Source of the DNA: Octopus vulgaris | Taxonomy: Eukaryota | Length of the DNA stretch: 64,000 bases | NCBI GenBank assembly: GCA_951406725.2 | Contig: OX597829.1 | Coordinates: 24,614,001-24,678,000 of the forward strand | Direction of reading: 5' to 3' | Shown here: piece by piece, positions 40,111 through 54,239 of the stretch | Position numbering within the stretch: position 1 is the stretch's first letter | Layout: the number at the start of each line of letters is the position of its first letter | Position numbers and translations under genes: made by a program | Notes under the pieces: generated by a model | What the model saw: the letters and a program-made list of their open reading frames with translations, nothing else | The model's database searches: none | Told to the model about the DNA's origin: nothing

Positions 40111-40125
40111 ATATATATATATATG

Positions 40126-40191
<66 letters not shown>

Positions 40192-40921
40192 TTTATTCAT
40201 ATGTATATATATTTACACACACCCACATATATATATTTACACATATTTACAAATCAACTTAGTTTGATTTGAAAACCCCACTAGAATGGGAGAAAGCGCT
40301 AATGATCTAAGTGATATGATATGTATATATATAAATGTAATATATAAATAAATATTTGTAAATATAAACCATCCGATCTTCTGATTACCTCATTTCTTCT
40401 AATATATAATACCTGTACATCATCTCCAAACCTTCCAATATATATTTACACATATATGTCAAAGCTTGTTTCTCCAAATTTTATTTAATTTGCTTTGCAG
40501 GAAGGACTGTTTTAAAGAAGTCGCATCTTGCTCCTACCTTCGAAACGCGTCGTAGATAAAATAGGGGAAAACTGATGACGGGAATATTCTTTATGTTGCC
40601 TGTCTTGTTTCTCTATTTGTTTCTTTCGTTGTTCAAAAAAAAGTTCGTTTTCCATGCTTTTTCTTTTTATGTTCTCGTTTCTCATTTTGCTCACATTTCT
40701 TTGACATCCTATACCTATATATGTATGAAGGCATGTACATGTATGCGTGTACATATGCATATACATATATGTGTAAATATATTTATATATATAAATATAT
40801 ATGCACATACATACGTGTAAATGTATATATATATATATGCACATATACACATGTAAATAAATATATATGTATACACACATATAATATATATATATATATA
40901 TATATTCACATATACATATAC

Positions 40922-41435
40922 TCTGATAGGTTTCAGCCTGTATTGGCCCAGGCCATGTCTAACTTAATAGCACCACCAGGCAAAGTCATTCAAATAAGGA
41001 ATTGGACAACATAGCTCACTCGAGTAGAGAGTTATTGTTTACAGGGACATATCCGGGTGTAGGAAGTTTATCTGGGATTTCTGGAAGGAATTTCTCCAAA
41101 GATTTCTTGAACTTTATGGAGTCCGTTTCTGTTTTAATGTTTTGGTGTAATGTTAAAGAGAGCAGGGCCAATTGAGGTGAAATAATTGTGCCATATTTTT
41201 GTTGTGTGATGCAAGTATGATTTATGTTGTGGGTGGATAGCACAGGGCCCAAGTCTTGGGTGTATCTTAAAGGTGATGCCAACATCATTTGGACAATGAT
41301 GATGGAATATTTTCCGCATCATGCAGATAATGTAGCACTCATGGCGGCACTGGAGAGAATAGAGTTTGAGCTTTTCTAGTTGACCTCAATAGTCAAGCCT
41401 GTCATGCCAGCTATCACTTTTTGTAATTGACCTTT
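40922..41435 (-). mobile_element. CR1-like LINE 3' end (second family)
   Basis: FTSIGPALFNITPK and FKKSLEKFLPEIPDKLPTPGYVPVNNNSLLE. Confidence 0.7.
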
Positions 41436-41442
41436 GAGGTAC

Positions 41443-41478
<36 letters not shown>

Positions 41479-41716
41479 CATTACAGATATAGGGTAAAGA
41501 ATTATTAATTTATTAATTTCACTCCCTGATAGCAAACTGCGGTTTTCTTTCTGCGCTATCTTGTGACGCACATGGTAATCTTGGAGGGAAAATATGAATC
41601 CACTCGTGTATATGAATTTGGATGTGCTGACTACCTTCTGTTATGTTTCTATGGCGCTCAGTCAAAGATGCAAAGGGTAGGTTTTCTAGCATTTTCAAAT
41701 TTATAATTCTCGAAAT

Positions 41717-41774
41717 ATTATGTTGATGACAGAAATGAATTTTTATAATTCTAATCCAGAAACGCGTCCATAAT
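41717..41774 (+). ncRNA. Minimal HHR-like motif, partly decayed helix II
   Basis: attatg-TTGATGA-...gaatt(tttat)aattc...-GAAAC-gc-GTC-cataat, with a perfect 6-bp helix I. Confidence 0.6.
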
Positions 41775-41949
41775 TAATTGAAGACTGTTTGATTTTGTTA
41801 TTTTTTCTAATTTTTGCCTATGTGAGTTACAAATATTGTTATATGTGGAGTCATATCTGTAGTGAAAAGAATTAGCTGTCTTTGGCTGCTATTTCTAAAT
41901 TTTCGGTATGTGGTGAAGCAACTTGTTGCTAAACCCTTAATTATATTTA

Positions 41950-41990
<41 letters not shown>

Positions 41991-42474
41991 AATATCTACA
42001 AAGCCTTGGTTTTTTATCTTATTATGCAAAAAAGTCTTATATACACACGCTGACATAGAACCATCGTTGAATCTCTTATTCGCAAAATTACCAAATCTAG
42101 AACTTAACTATGGTCTCTCTGTAGCACTTATTCAGCATTACCTGACACCTTTAGGTCTCAAAGAAAAACTTTTTTTCTTACCTCAACTATATATACATAT
42201 ACATGTATGTATATATATACGCACACACATATTTTGAAATATATATACACACACATATATATATATATATATATACACATACATATATATACATACACAC
42301 ACACATATATACATACACATATACACACACACACATAAGAATAAAAGAAGGACAGTAACAACATTCTGCAAAAACAAGTAATTTATTACAGTATCCAAGG
42401 CTTTACTACAAACACTTAATGCAACAACTAAATGTAATAACATGGGGAAAAAATGGTTAATCGTCAAACTAAAT

Positions 42475-42479
<5 letters not shown>

Positions 42480-42550
<71 letters not shown>
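42480..42550. repeat. (GA)n microsatellite
   Basis: Seen directly in the sequence. Confidence 0.95.
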
Positions 42551-42553
<3 letters not shown>

Positions 42554-43912
42554 GAAGTTAATGTAAAATAATGATTTGACAACAGATGCAGCCATTGTCC
42601 ATATGAAATTATAATGGACACCCTATTAAAATGACCACATACCTTCTATAACAACATTGCAATCAGCAGATAATATAATATTTCTCAACAATGGAAATGG
42701 CAGCTGCAAGAGGAATCTATTTTGATTTGAATTTTCTGAATAACAGAATTAGTTTTCATGTAAAGAAGATATTCTGTCTTGATTTTAAAATAAATATCAG
42801 TTAAAAAAAACATAAAATAAATAAAAAATAGAAAAAAATTACAAAATTAAGTATATTATTAATTGCTATATATATATATGTATATATACATGAAGGCATA
42901 TTAAGCTCTATAAATATTTTTAAAAGGATGCTTATAAATCTGCACTGCATGCTGTCAGTTTTGGCAAGGACCATTTTATGGAATTGTTAGTAATTCAGTG
43001 ACCTTTCACGTGGACACAGTGTTTCAGTGTTAAAAGCAACACCTAATAACAAATGTTTGTTCTATAAGCTTTTGAAGAATGTGTCGAAGGAGTTAAGTTT
43101 AAGTCTAATGATGGATGGAAGAATCAACTTTGGAAAAAATTGGTTACCAACAAACTTTATAACAGAGCCAAGAAAACTGGATTACTGAATGGAAATGGAT
43201 ATCATTGTCACATATACACACCCCTGTGTGTGCACACAGACAGAAATGTGGAAGAAAAAAAAAGGGGGAAAAAGATTTTTTAAAAAAAAAAGAAAAAGAG
43301 AAAAAAATGACCAAACAAAGAAATCCATCAGTACCTACCTGAAATTCTCAAGATAGTTAAAATGAGGAAAAACAAATTTAAAAGAAAAAATCATTTTAGC
43401 TTCAGAATGTGAACTTGAATGAATACTACCCAAGTATATTAAGTCTTTAGGTAAACAGGGTTTTCTTCTTTTAAAGAAATAAAGATATTAAACTCTTATT
43501 ACCTGAAATTTTTCGGGAGACAAAGACATTTGTTTTTCACTTTTTTCCTCAATATTATTACTATTACTATTATTATTATTATCATCATTATCATTATTAT
43601 TATTATTTTTTTAATCATCATTATCATTATTATTATTATTATTAAAGTGGCAAAGTAGCAGAAACATTAGCATGCTGGACAAAATCCTTAGCAACATCTC
43701 GTCTGTCTTTTTGTATTTTTGAAGTTCAAATCCAACCAAGGCTGATTTTGTCTTTCAATCCATTTGGGTGTCAATAAAATAAGTTCCAGTTAAGTACTGA
43801 TGTTAAAGTAATCGGATAGTTCCCTCCCCACTTTCAAGCTTTGTGCCTATAACAGAGAGGATTATCATTGATAATAATAATTTTTAAAGATTGACTCTTC
43901 ACAAAGGTAAAC

Positions 43913-44205
43913 AGACAATAAGAAGAGCATGGTGTGATTTGTAATGGATTGTCTATTTAAACAGTTTGAACAATATTTGAACAGATTCTTCTGGTTCAAA
44001 AGGGAAAATAGACAAAACTACAAACTGAAGCAACACAGAAATTCAAAATATAAATGCAGGATTTCCACATTCGTATTTTGAATTTCTGTGTTTCTGCAGT
44101 TTTTCTCCATTTTCCATTTTGAACCTGAAGACAGAGAATCTGTTCAAATATTGTCGAAACTGTTAAATAAATAATCTATTACAAATCACATCACTCTTAT
44201 TGTCT
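43913..44205. repeat. ~290-bp imperfect palindrome containing an HHR remnant
   Basis: Arms AGACAATAAGA...GAAATTCAAAATA and TATTTTGAATTTC...TCTTATTGTCT. CTGAAGA...GAAAC lies at 44125-44160. Confidence 0.75.
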
Positions 44206-46143
44206 ATTGTTATTATTATTATTATTTTAGATGCTGTAGAGTGACAAAATCATTTATCAAAAAATTGTCTTGCAGCATTTGTCCTGGCTCTTTACGTTCT
44301 GAGTTCAACAGTAACTCCCATTCCACAAAGATTGCCTCTGTGGATTTAATTTGACTAACCCTCTTCCTTCAAAATTGCAGGTCTTGTGTCTAAATAGAAG
44401 TTACAAATTGTTATCATCATCATCACCATGTTTAAAATTTTATTGCAAGAAAAAAAAATAAATAAAATAAAATAAAAAATATAAAACATAGAAGAAAAAA
44501 CTTAGGAACATCTAATGAAATAATGGAACTAAAATAATAACAAACACAATGATATAAAAATAATGTTATTGCAAAATTGTAAAAGTTGCTCTCATTTCAT
44601 TACAGTAAAGAATTACAGCATATTTCAAACACTGATTAGGCAAAACATTACTTAGACAAAGACACAGATATGTGAATAGGGTTTTTAGTTGATCTCTACA
44701 GATATATCACTGTATCACTATATCATCATCATTTAAAGTCCATTTTCCATGCTGGCATGGGCTGGACTATTTGACAGGATCTAGTAGTAAGCCACACGGC
44801 TTTGCTGAATTCCAGTGTCTTGTGACTCAATATCCTTCCTAATGCCAGCTACTTTATTATTGTGTGTGCTAGGTGCCTTTTGCATGCCGCTAGCAATAGT
44901 GAAATCAACAAGTAACTTGAAAGATCAGGGGAAAAGGAAAAGGAATAACCCCCACCATCACCGCTAAGCAGAAAGAGTGCCGAGATGGGAAGGTGGTTTT
45001 ATGCCATGTGTTGAAAGGTAAACTATGAGAGGAGAAAAAGAGGGAGAAATGTACAGATGTATCTGTCACTCTATCTCACATAAACACACAGTGTTCCCTC
45101 TAACTCTCATTTTATTATACATATACAGACTTTGTCCCACTGCTTTTCGACTCTGTCATATACAGTCAACCTTATCCTCCCCACTTTGCAGCTGCTTTAT
45201 GGCAGTAAGAGCTATGTCTAAAGACCTAATGCTTGTTGACCCAGAGAAGGCCTCTGATAAGGTACCCTAATCTACAGTTTAGTGGTCTTTGAGGAAACTA
45301 GGTACAGATGAATGGCTTGTGTGTTGTTGAGGTATGTACAGAGATGCCATCAGCAAAGTGAGACTTCGTAAGGAGTTCAGTATAGAAATTAGTATTCCAG
45401 GAAGTGTCTACTAAAGTCTGGTTAGCTACCTCTTATTCATCGAAGTTCTTCAAGCTAAAAGTAGCTGTCTGCAGGAATTCTGCTAAAGCTTCACATGTTG
45501 AAGACCTACTATTTAAGACAATACTCTGTGTGTGTGTGTAATATTAATACATGTATACAAAATATATTTATACCAATATACAATATATAATGAAATTGCT
45601 TGTATAGTTAAATATATACTAAACATGCACTGAATAAAGAAATTAATATTGATTTTATCATAATAATTATTATTATTAATACTGACTAAAAGATAGTGGA
45701 TTGACAGAATCATTAAAACACTGCACAATATGCTTTGCAAATTGGCTCTTTACATTCTGAGTTCAAACCTTGCCAAGGTCATCCTTCAGCAGTCAATACA
45801 ATAAAGAATCAGTCAAGGGCTTGAGTCAATGTAATCAACTAACCCACCTCCCTTCAAAGTTACTGGCCTTGTGCCTAAATTAGAATCAATTATTTTTAAT
45901 ATGAAATGTTTGACTTTAAATCATCACTTATAGTGGATTCTTTAAACAGTAACTGCTTTGATGAAAGTGTCCATGTTTATAATTCTTTTTATTTGGTATC
46001 AATGCTTCAGTAGGAACTCTGTTTAAATTAGATTTATTTCAATTGACATTCTTCACCTCCTGTTCCATACCCCTATCCACCCTGGTACTTTTTCTTTATC
46101 CATTTTTTTAACCCCTGTATTTGACTGCATTTATTTCATACAT

Positions 46144-46177
<34 letters not shown>

Positions 46178-47327
46178 TCTTTTATCTGTTACATGTTTCA
46201 GTCATTGGATTGCAGCCATGCTAAACCCTTCAAGGTTTTAGTTGAATAAATCAACTCCAGTACATATTTTTAAGTCTGATACTTATTCTATTGGTCTCAA
46301 AAAGTTAAAGATTGGAGTTCAACTGTATCGAACAGACTGCAAACTGATGACTATCCACAGGTGCAATATGGTATATATACTTATATAGGCCAATGCTTAT
46401 TCATATAGTGGTAAATCTTAAGCATACTCATTGTTTACAAATTATTTAGATGTCCATATATTTCTATGTATTTACATATGCTAATGAAAAAAAAAAAAAC
46501 ACTTTTCTAAAAACAAAATCCCTGACTGAAAAAAATTCTTTGCATCACAAACCTTCCTCTTAACTGCAAATGCAACTCAACATTGTTACTATTTTAACAA
46601 AGCATATTCAATATTTTCTCCAGCCTCTTGTTTGTTTACTTCATCTACACCAAACCTTACTGTCTCATGCCACTACCTTCCTTCATCAACTACTATATAT
46701 AATGAAAATTTCATCTTGGCAAACACTGCTTTAGAAACCAACAATCATCATTATCATCTTCATCATTGTTTAACATCCATGTTCCATGCTGGCATGGGTT
46801 TGACAGTTTGATAGGATCTGATCAGTCCAACAATGACTGCATCATACTTCAGTGTCTGTTTGGCATGCTTTCTACAGCTGGATACCCTTCCTAATGCCAA
46901 CTTTACAGCATGTGTTGGGTGTGTCTTTCATGCCATTGGCACAAGTCAGGTCACCATGCAGCTTGCAAATCCAACAAAATTCGAAGTGGATTCTTATATG
47001 AGGAACTGAAGGGTTAAAGTGTGAGAGGAGGGAGGGAGAATGAGCAATTTCTTGTCATAGAAGAGCTATATGGCTACTCACATTTAGGAAAAGTGTGAGA
47101 ATGATCAGTAGAAGCTGCAATTCCAGGTACTTCCTCGAGGTACAAGGTGAGTTGAAGTATGTTGGAACAGAAGAACTATGACTGTGGGTGGGTGGGGGTC
47201 AGCAAGAGTATATATAATCATGTGTGAAAACTGGAGGAAAGGTTTCGTCAATTAGACTGACCTCTGTGCTAAGCTAGAACTTTGCCAATTCCTCACTTTA
47301 CAGTGATTATTATATTTTTTGGGTCCA

Positions 47328-47366
<39 letters not shown>

Positions 47367-48212
47367 TATACACACACACAAATTGCATGATATGGTGCCT
47401 TCTTAAATTCAAAAATGAAATTTTTAGTCAGTGCTCTGATGATAGAAAATTTGTGCTGGAAACATGGGCTTCCTTGCTTGCTGACTAGTAAATGGAAAAT
47501 ATACATAACCTGACCCTTTTCCAACACACCTGAAACCATTCAAAGGACAGGCGGGGGGGGGGGTAACTCCATCTCTCCTAGAAGGGCTTTCATTTTGCAT
47601 AGACTTTTTGTTTCAGGGATTTTTTTTCCACCACTGAGACTGTATTTTTACCTCCATTAGTAAAGAGGATATGCATCCCAGCCAGCAGGTCTGATGAGTC
47701 ACATATATTGCTAAGTGTAATAGTAGACATGAAACCAATGGTAACTTTCTGACAAGCCATAACCAAGAACTACATATATTTTATCGATATAAATATAACC
47801 ATTTTAATATCTACTTTTCCATAGGTCAGATGGAATTCAGTGTGATAGATTTTCAACAGTTGGATACTCTTCCCGTTGTCAAACCTCTCCTGTTTTCAGG
47901 CAAGGTAAAACTTTCCCCATGACCAGACATGTTTTTATGGAAAAATTTAGAAACAAGTACACAGCTTGTCCATAATTATCACATGATGTCAAGACAAAGA
48001 GACAGAAACACACATAAAATATACATGCTGGACTTTCAATTTTTGTCTATGAAATTTACACAAAAGTCTTTGGTTATCCTAGAGTTATAGTAGAAGACAC
48101 TTGTCCTAGATAATAATGGAATAAACCCCCAAACCTGGTTAAGAAGCAAACATCTTGTATATATTATAAATGTTATGACAGTCTTATACATACAAACATA
48201 CATACATATATG

Positions 48213-48254
<42 letters not shown>

Positions 48255-48259
<5 letters not shown>

Positions 48260-48436
48260 GCTTTTGTATACAAGAATAAATTTTTAATATAAGTTCCAGA
48301 GAAAAACTATGTATGTCTCTCTTTCATTATATATATTATATATATAATCAAAGAGAGACATACATTTATACACAAAGGGAATAGTTTTTCTCTGGAAGTT
48401 ATATTAAAAATTTATTCTTGTATACAAAAGCTATTT
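48255..48436. repeat. Nested palindrome next to (TA)n
   Basis: Outer arms of about 55 bp (AAATAGCTTTTGTATACAAG... / ...CTTGTATACAAAAGCTATTT) and an inner ATGTATGTCTCTCTTT / AAAGAGAGACATACAT pair. Confidence 0.85.
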
Positions 48437-49229
48437 CATATTTCCATATTAGTTCTTTATGCTTGATTTAGAACATTGTTCTTGAATCCATTAATATTTC
48501 AAGCCTTAGTCCATTCATATGAATGACCTATTGTACTGCCATGTTTCTTTTTCTCTATGTTTTGAAGTAAAGGATCATAAGAATAATGTAAGTAAAAAAA
48601 AATCATCACCAGAAATTAAAGTTGTTTAACTTCAAACTCTTGATTTATTTAATGTTTTACTTTACATGTGTCATATCTGTGGTTGTTTTAGTTTGTATTT
48701 TGTCTTCAATAAAGCTTCTACAGTTAACTTTTTTTTTATTTCATTTTATTTATTTGTGTATATTTTGTTGTATTATATGGTGGTACTGTCATCTAACGTT
48801 TTCACACCAGGTTTTATTTTGCACAAAAAAAAAAAAAAGAAACCCAATGGGTTTGTGTTCGGTCCCTTGGTGTGGCAATCTGGACAAGTGTCTTCTAATA
48901 TAAGCCTTGTGCACAAGGAACTGCATAGCGAACCAAATCTGGAACTATGAAATTAAGTTCATAAAGTGCTTCACACACACACACACAAATATGAGAATGT
49001 ATGAATAAGAGATTTGGAAATAGGGTCAGAAGAAAAGAGGCCCAAAAGAATCAGTTAAAATGTAATTTTTAAAGGAATGAATAGCTAGTTTCCAATGTGA
49101 GCAGTAAAATATGCTGTAAGTATAAGCATCTGGTCAGGTGGGAAAATGTGTGTGCACATGCATGTATTGTTAAATATATTTATACTTTCAGTAATGAATC
49201 TGAACTTTTGAAAATAGAACTACAGTGGA

Positions 49230-49552
49230 GAGGAGACCTATTGAGTCAAGTACATTAACATCAAAATAAATATCAAATGGAAATTGTAGTTGTGATACCA
49301 GTGCCGGCAGCACGTAAAAAGCACCATCTGAATGTGGCTGTTCCAGCGCCACCTTGACTGGCTTCTGTGCCGGTGGCATGTAAAAAGCACCCAGTACACT
49401 CACAGAGTGGTTGGCATTAGGAAGGGCATCCAGCTGTAGAAACACTGCCAGATCAGACTGGAGCCTGGTGCAGCCTCCTGGCTTCCCAGACCCCAGTCAA
49501 ACCGTCCAACCCGTGCTAGCATGGAAAAGGATGTTAAACGATGATGATGATG
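49230..49552 (+). mobile_element. RTE 3' end
   Basis: Conserved 3' motif and (GAT)n tail. Confidence 0.85.
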
Positions 49553-52149
49553 AAATGTCGAAAACTTTTATGCACTTGATGCAATATGAAGCAGTAAGAG
49601 TTCATTTCATGCTTATCCCAAATAAGAACAGGAAGTAAACCAATATTTTGGTACCAACAATTGCATATTACAATAGAACTATTCTGCGTAAATGTCATGA
49701 AATAATCTGAACTATTATATTTTAAATCAATCATCTTTATATATTTGTATCACCATCACCCACCCACCTACCCACACACACACATGAAATAAACAGAATG
49801 ATAGAAACTAACAAATATATTGATTTTGTAATAGAGAAATTGTTTCAAGAATTTAAGCAATTTATGACTAAAATTCAAATTCGAAAAATCTCTTGTTTTG
49901 ATGCTTTATATTTATATTTATATAAAGTGTTTATATTTATTAAGCTGGAATTTGGAATATAAATATGAAATTTTGATGGAAGTCTTTTAATTTACATTAC
50001 TTTAAAACAGGAAGTTTCTACCATAAAATCAAGGATGGTCACAGGTGGATTGGTACAAAAAGGATTAACTTAAAAATGATAAAATTAGGTATTTTATTAA
50101 ATCCTAACACCAAAGTCTTGATTAGTCTTCAAAATTAATTGGGAAACACATAAGAGGTATTTCATTATAAATATTGACACAGAAATGTTCAATTCTGAAA
50201 AAGTAATTTTCTTTTTGCTCTTACTTTCCCCTCCATTTTGTCAAGACTAAGTTCAATTTTGTTGAAACCATGTTGTTTTAAAAATTAAATGTCACTTTTG
50301 AATTTAAATAAGACATGTTTAGTTATTCAGGAAGACTGATCAAAGAATAGTTAAATAATGGTCTCCAATTAATAAAAACAGCTGATAACTTAAGCATAAG
50401 GCCAGAAAATTTGAGAGAGGGTAGGCTTAAGTACAGCAAAACTAGTACTAGACCAGTATTTTATTTTATTGACTCCCAAAGGGATAAAAAGCAAAGCTGA
50501 CTATAGTAGGACTTAAACTCAGAGAGTAAAGAACTGGAAGAAATATTGCAATGCTTATTTTTTTTTTGACACTGATGATTCTGCTAGCTCATTGCTCTTC
50601 TATAAATAATAATAACAAAAAAAACAAAAACAAACACAAACATGCACTTATATAAATGAGTATAGGTAGAATATTCCATTAGAAACATGGTTATGACAGA
50701 GCTAACTTCATAATTACCTAATTTCTACTGGAATGTACTATCTATATGTTATAATCTATTTTGAAGTAACCGAGAAATAGAAGCAATTTAGTAAAATAAG
50801 TTTTTCAATTTAAGTTGATGTTTGCAACTTAAATGTATTGAAGGTTCTTCAATAAAATAAGAATGGAAGGTTTTTAAAGTGAAGTCATAGTCTTGGGTAG
50901 ATTGGCAGCAAAAAAATTAAAGACAGATGTGAAACCAACAAACTATCAGAATAATTAAGAAAATAATTTTTCAAATGAATCTAGCTAAAAATTTGATTTC
51001 AAAAACGTTTTAAAATAAAGTTTAATCCATGATTAAAACAAATAGTATCTTTATGAGATTTTAATTGTGAAAAACAAATTGTGTAATCATTGAAATGAAA
51101 GTAAATATTTAAAGGCAAGAAAGAAATATGAGCTGCTTCTGCAATAAGTATTAAAAAAAAAACCCAAATGATATTAGTTTGGAATTTTAACAAAGGCCAG
51201 CAATTTCGTGGGGAGCAGCTAAGTCAGTTACAGTGACCCCAGTGCTTAACTGGTACCTAAATTTTATCAATCCCCGAAAGGAAGACAGGCAAAATTGACT
51301 TTGGTGGAATCTGAACACAGAATATAAAGATGGAAAAAATGCTGCCAAGCATTTTGCCTGGCATGGTAACAATTCTGCCAGCTTGCTGCCTTAATACATC
51401 CAATAATATTAACACAATATTGACTAAACTAATAACATACACAAAATTATTTTGATAAAAATAATTATTTCAAAAATAGGTACAAGGCCAGAAGTTTGGG
51501 GGAGATGGTTAGTCGATTAATAATAATGATAATAATAATAATGATGATGATAATAAAGAAAAGCAATGATTCATTCAGAACTATTATTACTTGCTCTTTA
51601 TCATACACACCTAATAATTAATGATAAAAATTTATAATTTTCTCTCTCTTTCTCTCTTTCTCACACATCAGATATTTTCAGGAAGTTGCAAATAATAACA
51701 ACAACAGTAATAATACAGTAGCTTTAAAAAAGAAAAAAAAGATGAATTTCTTGTTTCAATAGCATAAAAGCCAAATTGGTATACAATCAATAAACAAATA
51801 TTTCAAACGCACAGATGCAACGATATTAATCTTGATCCTATAATCTGCTCCTCCTTTAATTAAATAATTTAAATCCATTTTATATCAGTAAACTGCTGGC
51901 CATTTGTTATATATATATATTTGTTTTATATATATATACATACACACACATACATACATGTGTGTATGAGTGTATGCATGTGTATGTCCTATACAGACAG
52001 GGTACATGTATGGCACCATATGCAAAACAATAACCAAAGATAGATAACATACAGACATAAACACACACACACCTTTAAAGGATGTCAATGCATGTAATAA
52101 ATAAAGAAATGATAAGCTTCAAGAAACACAATGAGAAAATTTACTTAGT

Positions 52150-52469
52150 TAACATTTTATTGGCGTCTGAGATAAAAACAATTACAGCAATACGTGTAAA
52201 CCACCATTTCTACACCCCAGATCTATATAGATGACACTCAGTAAGTTTCTCACATTAGAATAGATTTAACTTCCTATGTGAAGCCAACTTTAAAAGTAAA
52301 GGTGAAAAGGAAATACAGTAGGTAATTAAGAAACTCTCGTTCCTTTATTAAGCTAAGTTATGCTGTGTAAATTTTGACTTCTTGTTCAGAGAAACACATT
52401 CGATTAGTGAGAAAGGGAGAAAAATCTGATTTGTAAGAAATCCAAGACTGTTAACAAGTTTTATGAAAT

Positions 52470-52504
<35 letters not shown>

Positions 52505-53701
52505 TATTATTAACTAAGCCAGTGTGGCGATAACTGTAATGGTTTTAAAAAGAACCAAATGTTGGGATGAAGAGATAGATGTAATATGAAACAAAAATAC
52601 AGAGATTTTTCACTTGACATAAGGTGATAAAACTTTGGTAAATTTAACATCTTACTTGAAATGATCAAGCATAAATTAATATTTTCCTTTTATTCTGGCA
52701 TTCCACTCAATATTCAATCACCTAAACAGAAGAAACAGGCATTGCCTTCTTAAGTTCTAATCTTACCATGATATCACAAATGTTGCATCTTTACAGTATT
52801 TAAAAAAAAAAAAGACACAAATAAAGAAATATATATATAGATATATCTTTTGTTTTCTTCTAAAAATGGGAGAAATTTTTGCTTTCTGCTTCAAACATTA
52901 AAAGAGAAAATTCTATTCCAATACTTCTTTTAAAATCAACAAAAACATAAAACAGGTTTTTCTAGGTTCTGCTAATTATCCAAATTGTTTTCCCACTTCA
53001 TTAAGTTAAAACATTCTCCGAAATTTCCATAATATATTTAAAATTACAAATAGCATACACACTGTGGGAGTATCAGACCTTATATATATATATATATATA
53101 TACACACACATACATACATACATATATACATATATGTATATATATATATATATATATATAAATATAGACACATACACATATCACCCACACATATGTACAT
53201 ATATATACATACATATGCGCAAGTACCACATGCATGTACCACACACACACACACACACATATATACACACATACAGATACATACACATGCAGAAGTACCA
53301 CATGCATGTACCACACACACCCACACATACACACATATATATATACACATATATATATATAGATAGATAGATGGATATATATGTATATGTACACACATGC
53401 ATATGGCATGAGAAAAAAACAGAAAAGGGATCAGAGAACGATAGAACAGAAAGAGAGTAGAGATAGAGAGCATCTGAACGAGAAAATGTGCTGTGTGTTT
53501 GTGTGTGTATATGTATATATATATATCTTATAATATATACAAATACGCTTTACATGTATGAATGAATGTATATAAAGAAATTATATACATACATATATAT
53601 TTACACACACACAGAAAGAAATTCATACTCGTGGATATGCTAACGTGTATTAAAGTGAAAGATATATACACATTATATATGTAGTTTTTTGTTTTTTTCT
53701 G
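52150..53701 (-). other. Probable RAD6 3' UTR (end uncertain)
   Basis: Follows the stop codon, is U-rich on the minus strand and contains microsatellites. Candidate AATAAA signals lie at 52689-52694, 52344-52349 and 52156-52161. Confidence 0.4.
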
Positions 53702-53854
53702 CTATGACTGTTCTTCCTCCTCTTCCTCCTCGTCCTGTAAGCTTTCCTGAACAATAGCTGCAACTTTTTTCTCATATTCTCGCCTATTTTCTTTATACAA
53801 CTGTGCTGCTTCATTATTAGCAGGGCTATCCGGATTGGGATCATGTAATAACGA
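53702..53854 (-). CDS. UBE2A: RAD6/UBE2A-B terminal coding exon with acidic tail
   Basis: Polypyrimidine acceptor ttcttttctttttcag| in phase 0, then [50 protein letters not shown]. It continues in frame from the 63098 exon and keeps the RAD6 PNPxSPAN motif. Confidence 0.94.
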   Translation of the reverse strand, partial: SLLHDPNPDSPANNEAAQLYKENRREYEKKVAAIVQESLQDEEEEEEEQS

Positions 53855-54239
53855 CTGAAAAAGAAAAGAATGTATCTGTCAGCATGTCCACACACACACA
53901 CACAAACACACATGTGCAAAAAAAAAAAAAAACGTATATAATATATGCATGTGTGTATCATGTTTGTTTTGTGTATATATATATATGTATATGTATTTTT
54001 GCATGTGTTAATAAACAGGATGGGCCAGTCATGAAATGATGTGTAATTTTAATAAATTCTATCACATTGTTTTTATATTTTCCTTCGTAACTAGAATACA
54101 TTTATTTCCTATATATACTATATACAATGCTATAGTATTGAAATCTTAAAAGAAAAAAATAATGGAATTATTAAATATTGAAACCTCATTCATGACCTTT
54201 AGCCCATCCTCTGTGTGTGTGAGTGTGTTTGTATGTTGA

